Source: Candidatus Woesearchaeota archaeon
GTDB lineage: Archaea; Nanobdellota; Nanobdellia; SCGC-AAA011-G17; GW2011-AR20
Direction of reading: 5' to 3'
Length of the DNA stretch: 44,872 nucleotides
NCBI GenBank assembly: GCA_016181245.1
Contig: JACOZR010000022.1
Location: 1 to 44,872 of the forward strand
In this document: in pieces, positions 39,003 to 44,872 of the stretch
Numbering within the stretch: the first letter of the stretch is position 1
Layout of the letters: each line of letters begins with the position of its first letter
Notes under the pieces: model-generated
Seen by the model: only the letters and a program-made list of their open reading frames with translations
Databases searched by the model: none
Told to the model about the DNA's origin: nothing
Translations under genes and position numbers: made by a program

Positions 39003-41228
39003 ATGGCAGATGTAGATGTTGTAAAGAGAGTAAGAGAGTTAATGAATAATCCTGAGCAGATTAGGAATATATGTACGTGTGCCCATATCGATATAACTTA
39101 ATAATTTACTACTTTTAAGTTACGACAGCATGGGAAGACGACATTTAGTGATAATTTGCTTTTAGGAGCAGGCATGATCTCTGAGGATTTAGCAGGTAAA
39201 CAGTTGTCTTTAGATTTTCATGAAGATGAGAAAGAAAGAGGCATTACTATTGATGCTGCTAATGTTTCTATGATCCATAAGTTGGCAGATAAAGAATTTT
39301 TAATTAACTTGATTGATACTCCAGGACATGTTGATTTTGGAGGAGATGTTACAAGAGCAATGAGAGCTTGTGATGGAGCTATTGTTTTAGTTTGTGCTGT
39401 TGAAGGAATAATGCCTCAGACAGAGACTGTTTTAAAACAAGCATTAAGAGAAAGAGTTAAGCCAATTTTATTTATTAATAAAGTTGATAGGTTAATCAAA
39501 GAAGTTAAGTTGACCCCTGAAGCAATGCAGCAAAGATTCATTAAGATTATTACAGATGTTAATAGATTAATTAAAAGTATTGCACCTGATGAGTATAAAG
39601 AGAAATGGCAGGTTAATGTTCAAGATGGAAGTGTTGCATTTGGAAGCGCTTTCCATAAATGGGGATTAAGCGTTCCTTATATGCAGAAACATGGAATTTC
39701 TTTTAAGGATGTGATTGAGGCTTATGTTTCTGAAAAGCAATCAGAGTTGGCGAAGAAAGCTCCTATGCATCAAGTTGTTTTAGATATTGTTACAAGACAT
39801 CATCCTAATCCAAGACAAGCTCAAGCTTATAGAATACCGAGAATATGGCAGGGAGATTTAGAGTCAAGTTTAGGAAAATCTTTATTAAGCTGCGATCCGA
39901 ATGGAGAAGTTGCGTTTGTTGTTACTAAAATTGTTGTTGATAAACATGCAGGAGAGGTTGCTGCGGGAAGATTATTTTCTGGAACTGTAAAACAAGGGCA
40001 AGAGGTTTATATGATTGGAGCTAAGAGAAGATTAAGAGCGCAGCAAATTAATATTTATAAGGGAGCACAGAGATTTCAGGTAGAAAGTGCTGTTGCAGGA
40101 AATATTATTGGGATTATTGGACTAAAAGATGCTTTTGCAGGAGAAACTGTTTCAAGTATCGACATGGAACCTTTTGAAGCTATCAAGCATATTTTTGAGC
40201 CTGTTGTTACAAAATCTATTGAAGCAAAGAAAGCAAGTGACTTGCCCAAACTAGTTGAAGTTTTGAGACAAGTTAACAAAGAAGATCCAAGTATTTTTGT
40301 TTCTATTAATGAAGAAACGGGAGAAAATTTAATAGCGGGAATGGGAGAGCTGCATTTAGAAGTTGTTGAAAACAGGATAAGAAAAGAAAAAGGAGTTGAT
40401 GTTAAAACTTCTAATCCTATTGTTGTTTATAGAGAATCAATACTGAAAAAATCTAGAGAAATAGAAGGTAAAAGTCCAAATAAACATAATAAATTTTACT
40501 TTATTGTTGAGCCAATACCAGATAATGTTTATGAAGCGATTAAAAGTGGAGAGATCCAAGATGGCAGGATAAAGAAAACCGACAGAGATCTTTGGGACAA
40601 ATTTGTTAAATTAGGATATGAAATGAAGGAAGCTAGAAGTGTTAAGCAAATATTCAATGGAAATGTTTTGATTGATTCAAGTAAGGGTATTGTTCACATT
40701 GGTGAAGTTATTGAATTAATCATGGATGGGTTTGAGCAGGTTATGAGAGAAGGACCATTAGCAAGAGAACCTGGTATTAAGATGGTAGTAAGATTGAAAG
40801 ATACTACACTACATGAAGATGCTATTCATAGGGGGCCATCACAAGTATTGCCTGCTGTTAGAGAATCAATAAGAGGAGCAATGGTTGATGCACAGGCAGT
40901 TTTGTTTGAGCCGTTACAAATTTTACAAGTAGATATTCCTGCAGAGTATTTAGGAGAAATTTCTAAATTAGCTGGAAATAAAAGAGGACAACTTTTAACT
41001 GTTGAACAAGAAGGCGAGCACATAACTTGTAAGATTAAATTACCTGTTGCTGAAATGTTTGGACTAAGCAATGATTTGAGAAGCGCTACTGAGGGCAGAG
41101 GAAGTTTCTTTGTTCTTGATCAGGCTTTTGAAAAGTTACCTAGTGAGTTACAAGATAAAGTGATTAAGAGCATAAGACAAAGAAAAGGTTTGAAGACTGA
41201 AACTGTTTCTGAATCTGAGGAGAAATGA
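39003..41228 (+). CDS. fusA: Elongation factor aEF-2, split: exon 1 39003-39092, exon 2 39129-41228 (729 aa after removing the insert)
   Basis: ..PEQIRNICTCAHID / HGKTTFSDNLL, ERGITI, DTPGHVDFGG, NKVD and diphthamide loop HEDAIHRG. The ORF track misses the N-terminus. Confidence 0.96.
39093..39128 (+). other. Candidate 36-nt BHB mRNA intron in aEF-2
   Basis: ATAACTTAATAATTTACTACTTTTAAGTTACGACAG with in-frame TAA TAA; inner stem UAACUUAA/UUAAGUUA, outer stem CCCAU/AUGGG, bulges AUA and AGC. Confidence 0.85.
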
Positions 41229-41881
41229 GAAGAGGTTTAATCAGCTTATTAAGTGCATCTTTATTTTTTTATTCTAGCTCTTTTTCTCAAGATGAGATAA
41301 GAATAGGTCCTTATCAACAAGATATAAAAGTTAACTCTTTGGATGGAAGACATTTTTTATTTCATCATAGATATACTACAAAAAATTTGGAAAAATTAGC
41401 TCTTATTTCTGATAATGTTGATGTTTCTTCTGTGACAAGGTATTTATTGCCAAAATCAGGAATAGAACATTTGGGTCTAACGAGCTTGGTATTTAAAGAT
41501 GAAAAGACTGTTGAAACAAGCGATAGTACATATACTCATTATTCATTGGAATTGAAGTTATTACCTACTTTAGACAAAGCCTTTCAAGATAGTGTTATTG
41601 TGCCGGTTTATGATTTTTACTCTATAACTGCTAGAAAAGAAATATTTGTTAATAGGCATAGAACATTTTTCTTGATTATATCTGATGGTGCTTTGGGGAG
41701 AAATAGCGTTGGGTCTGCGGGGTTTAGAAAACCTGTAGATGGTTTTGTTGATAGGGCGGGTTTGTTTAAAGATGGTAAATGGATATCTGTTGAGTTTGCA
41801 GGTGTTTCGAGAGATTCTGCTTTTGTTAAATCTCAAAGAGCTTATATTGAGGTAGTAAATGCTTTAATTGAACAAAAATAG
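41225..41881 (+). CDS. Secreted hypothetical protein inserted between EF-2 and EF-1alpha
   Basis: Signal-peptide-like MRRGLISLLSASLFFYSSSFS-Q; ATGA overlap with EF-2. Confidence 0.65.
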   Translation: MRRGLISLLSASLFFYSSSFSQDEIRIGPYQQDIKVNSLDGRHFLFHHRYTTKNLEKLALISDNVDVSSVTRYLLPKSGIEHLGLTSLVFKDEKTVETSDSTYTHYSLELKLLPTLDKAFQDSVIVPVYDFYSITARKEIFVNRHRTFFLIISDGALGRNSVGSAGFRKPVDGFVDRAGLFKDGKWISVEFAGVSRDSAFVKSQRAYIEVVNALIEQK

Positions 41882-41991
41882 TTACCTTCTATTAGTAGTA
41901 AAAATAGAAAGTTTTATAAACTCCTGTTAACAGTAATATTTATAAATTAAGTTTTTCGTGAACTTGTATATCAAAGGAGGATTATGATAAA

Positions 41992-43275
41992 ATGGCTAAA
42001 GAAAAACCACATCTCAATTTAGTGTTTATTGGTCATGTAGACCACGGAAAGAGTACTACAGTAGGTAGACTATTATTTGATTCTGGAGCTATCACCGAAC
42101 AGGCTTTAAGAAAATTAAGAGAAAAAGCAGAAGAATTAGGAAAGAAAGGATTCGAATTTGCTTTTGTTATGGACAATTTGAAAGAGGAAAGAGAAAGGGG
42201 GGTTACTATTGACCTTTCTCATAAAAAATTTGTTACTGACAAATATGAGTTTACTATAATTGATGCACCAGGACATAAAGATTTTATTAAAAACATGATT
42301 ACAGGAGCTAGTCAAGCAGATGCTGCTGTTTTAGTTGTTGCTGCAACTGATGGTGTTATGGAACAAACTAAAGAGCATATATGGTTGAGTAGAACTTTAG
42401 GTGTTGGGCAAATGATTATTGCTGTCAATAAAATGGATGCAGTAAAGTATGAACAGGCTAGATTTAACAAAGTCAAGGAAGATGTTAGCAATGTTTTGAA
42501 GACTGCAGGATTTAAATTAGATACTGTTGCATTTGTTCCAATTGCTTCATTCCCTGGAGACAATGTTGTTAAGAAATCAAGCAACCTAGGATGGTATACA
42601 GGACCAACATTAAGAGAACAACTTGATTTACTAAAATTACCTGAGAAACCAACTAACTTACCTTTGAGATTACCGATTCAGGATGTATATAATATTACTG
42701 GTATTGGTGTTGTTCCTGTTGGAAGAGTTGAAACAGGAATAATGAAGATTGGAGACAAGGTTATTGTAACTCCAGGAAGAGAAGGTAAGGGTGTTCCTGG
42801 TGAAGTAAAGACTATTGAAATGCACCATGAGCAAGTTACCCAAGCAGAACCAGGAGACAATATTGGATTTAATGTAAGAGGCATTGGAAAGAAAGATATT
42901 GCCAGAGGAGATGTTTTAGGACATACCGATAACCCTCCAACTGTAGCTTCTGAATTTACAGCTCAGATTGTTATCTTGAACCATCCAACTGTTATAACTG
43001 CAGGATATACTCCGGTTTTCCATGTACACACTGCACAAGTAGCATGCCAATTTGTTGAGTTGGTAAAAACAATCAACCCAGCTACAGGTGAAACTTTAAA
43101 AGAAAAACCTGATATGTTGAAAAATGGTGATGCTGCGATTGTAAAGATAAGACCAACTAAGCCAATGGTTATTGAAAAACAAAAGGATATACCTCACATG
43201 GCAAGGTTTGCTATCAGAGATGCAGGAAGTACTGTTGCTGCAGGTATGTGCATTGACGTGACTAAAAAGGTTTAA
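41992..43275 (+). CDS. tuf: Elongation factor aEF-1alpha
   Basis: [26 protein letters not shown] and NKMD motifs; GGAGG SD; P-loop uninterrupted. Confidence 0.99.
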   Translation: MAKEKPHLNLVFIGHVDHGKSTTVGRLLFDSGAITEQALRKLREKAEELGKKGFEFAFVMDNLKEERERGVTIDLSHKKFVTDKYEFTIIDAPGHKDFIKNMITGASQADAAVLVVAATDGVMEQTKEHIWLSRTLGVGQMIIAVNKMDAVKYEQARFNKVKEDVSNVLKTAGFKLDTVAFVPIASFPGDNVVKKSSNLGWYTGPTLREQLDLLKLPEKPTNLPLRLPIQDVYNITGIGVVPVGRVETGIMKIGDKVIVTPGREGKGVPGEVKTIEMHHEQVTQAEPGDNIGFNVRGIGKKDIARGDVLGHTDNPPTVASEFTAQIVILNHPTVITAGYTPVFHVHTAQVACQFVELVKTINPATGETLKEKPDMLKNGDAAIVKIRPTKPMVIEKQKDIPHMARFAIRDAGSTVAAGMCIDVTKKV

Positions 43276-43277
43276 TC

Positions 43278-43292
43278 CTTTTTTTCTTTTTT
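43278..43292 (+). terminator. Oligo-T archaeal terminator after tuf
   Basis: Long T tracts immediately after the tuf stop codon. Confidence 0.5.
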
Positions 43293-43312
43293 ATATAACT
43301 ATTTAATGTGAG

Positions 43313-43612
43313 ATGAATATGATGGTATACATTTATGATTTAAGACTTACAGTAAGAGAGTTAGGTCGTGAACCAAATATTTTAAGGCAATACTACATGG
43401 AAAATATATCTTTTCCTAATTCAATCCATGTAGGAGAAGATGTTCGACTCAATAATTCAAAAGAGCCGAATCTATCAATGAAAGTTTTGGGTGTTGAGCA
43501 TTTACCCTTACTTTTAGGCAAATCAATGTTAACAGCAGAAACATCATTTGTTGCAGATGATCTACCCAATATAGAAAGTGTTTTATCTAGGTATAACCCA
43601 ATAGAATTTTAG
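43313..43612 (+). CDS. Hypothetical protein
   Basis: 99-aa ORF; no motif recognised. Confidence 0.55.
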   Translation: MNMMVYIYDLRLTVRELGREPNILRQYYMENISFPNSIHVGEDVRLNNSKEPNLSMKVLGVEHLPLLLGKSMLTAETSFVADDLPNIESVLSRYNPIEF

Positions 43613-43697
43613 GCTCTATTTTTTATCTATAACCCTTTATCTGACTAGCTACTTTAAATACAAAGATTTATAGGTATTAATTTTATTTATTTAAAGT

Positions 43698-44720
43698 ATG
43701 GGTGATTACTCAAAAGAAGACCTTATATTTTATAACCAATTATCAAAAAAATGGCACCAATTTATAATCTTCTTAAATGATTATTGGATTATATGTAATA
43801 CCATTTCTAAGAAAAGATTGTATGATCGTGTGGATGATTATCGGCAATTATTAATGCATAGGATTTCACTTAGTGACCTAAATGAGTTTAAAGATTTTTT
43901 AAAAACCGGAATTTTTAATAGAAGAAAAAGAAGATTATTATCAATTATTTTAAACAGAAGAGAAATCACCCAAACCGTAATATATGCGCAAAGAAAGTTC
44001 AAAAGAAAAAACATACTATCTAATCCCGATTTAGAATTTGATTATTCACATGAAGCATATCAGATTAATAATTTAGCTTATAATCGTTTTATAACGAGTA
44101 TAAAAAAGTATGAGCTGGATTTTGATAAGTGGAACCAAATCAAACAAGTTTGCGAAAAGAAAAAGATGAATATATTCCAACCAACCTTTACGCATGTGAC
44201 CAAATTCAATTGGACAAAAAAACATTTGGCAGAGTTTCCAACTAAGGGGTTATGCCCGCCTAGGATAATTGATAGGGTAGGAAAGGGTGGTTTTTATGGC
44301 AACAACGTTCCGGACTATGTTTCTTTATTTTACAATGATGATGTTAAGCCTCGTATGTATTATGAATATGCTAATCGGGTCCAATTCATCATAGATAGAG
44401 ACTATATTAAGAATGAAAAAAAACAATTTTGCTTTGGGTATGGTGATGGTGGTGGTGACGGACATTCAAGGAAGATGCAAGAGTATATAGAAGAAAAATG
44501 GTATAACCTTGGTATAACACATGGAAGGAATATAACCCTGTGGGATAATGAAATAGCAAGTCAAAAACCAATACCTTTTAAGGCAATACGGGCCATGATT
44601 GTACCAAGAGAAAAGCTTGGCATAATTAGGGACTACATACTCCCCATATGTATGAAAGATCCAGAATATGCTATTCCAATCTATGATTGTGATGGCAATC
44701 TGATGTGGCCATTAGATTAG
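43698..44720 (+). CDS. Hypothetical protein with possible C-terminal ADP-ribosyltransferase-like domain
   Basis: FTHVT...KGLCP...YVSLF...NEIASQKPIPFKAIRAMIV pattern. Confidence 0.45.
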   Translation: MGDYSKEDLIFYNQLSKKWHQFIIFLNDYWIICNTISKKRLYDRVDDYRQLLMHRISLSDLNEFKDFLKTGIFNRRKRRLLSIILNRREITQTVIYAQRKFKRKNILSNPDLEFDYSHEAYQINNLAYNRFITSIKKYELDFDKWNQIKQVCEKKKMNIFQPTFTHVTKFNWTKKHLAEFPTKGLCPPRIIDRVGKGGFYGNNVPDYVSLFYNDDVKPRMYYEYANRVQFIIDRDYIKNEKKQFCFGYGDGGGDGHSRKMQEYIEEKWYNLGITHGRNITLWDNEIASQKPIPFKAIRAMIVPREKLGIIRDYILPICMKDPEYAIPIYDCDGNLMWPLD

Positions 44721-44774
44721 CAGTTTGTTAACTTTTCAAGGAATTTTTAAGCAACTAGAGGGATACTTTTTATC

Positions 44775-44872
44775 GGCTTTGCGTGGATATTAGCTGACTT
44801 TTGTCAGCTTATTATAATACGCAAGTTTTCTTGCATTGTGTATTATAATCCTTGCTGTTATTTGGCTTAATC
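44775..44872 (-). mobile_element. Probable IS5-family-like element end (truncated by window end)
   Basis: Minus-strand ORF tail LSQITARIIIHNARKLAYYNKLTKVS* (stop 44790-44792) resembles a DDE transposase C-terminus; the terminal GGCTTTG resembles the IS903-group inverted repeat. Confidence 0.45.

Noticed and set aside
39093..39128. Intein or pseudogenisation of aEF-2
   Set aside because: The insert is far too short for an intein and contains stop codons, and the remainder of the gene shows no decay.
44792..44809. Hairpin AGCTGAC-TTTT-GTCAGCT as an independent element
   Set aside because: It lies within the tail of the probable transposase ORF and is better treated as part of the IS end.

Overview
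AT-rich archaeal chromosome segment, most consistent with a DPANN (Woesearchaeota/Pacearchaeota-like) genome. The contig appears to be broken at an insertion sequence at each end. Core genes are grpE-dnaK-dnaJ, aIF5B, S6e, gyrB/gyrA, aIF2-gamma, aCPSF1, proteasome beta, PIN-rpoE1-spt4-S24e-S27ae, aEF-2 and aEF-1alpha, and orphan ORFs are repeatedly wedged inside these conserved operons. The main finding is that two essential translational GTPase genes, aIF2-gamma and aEF-2, are each interrupted at the same codon boundary of the G1/P-loop motif (HxD^HGKT). The inserts are 30 nt and 36 nt, contain in-frame stop codons and fold into bulge-helix-bulge (BHB) motifs. Cutting at the canonical tRNA-splicing-endonuclease positions restores the motif exactly, so these are candidate mRNA micro-introns. 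A stand-alone retron-like reverse transcriptase lies directly upstream of one of them. Other points of interest: a candidate small RNA with an anti-Shine-Dalgarno-like 5' end and a G-U-rich hairpin, an HNH nuclease with six tandem HTH-like repeats, two bacterial-style beta-barrel-like proteins, a HicA-like plus PD-(D/E)XK gene pair, and a gene split by an 8-bp duplication. All calls come from reading the sequence by eye; no database searches were run.
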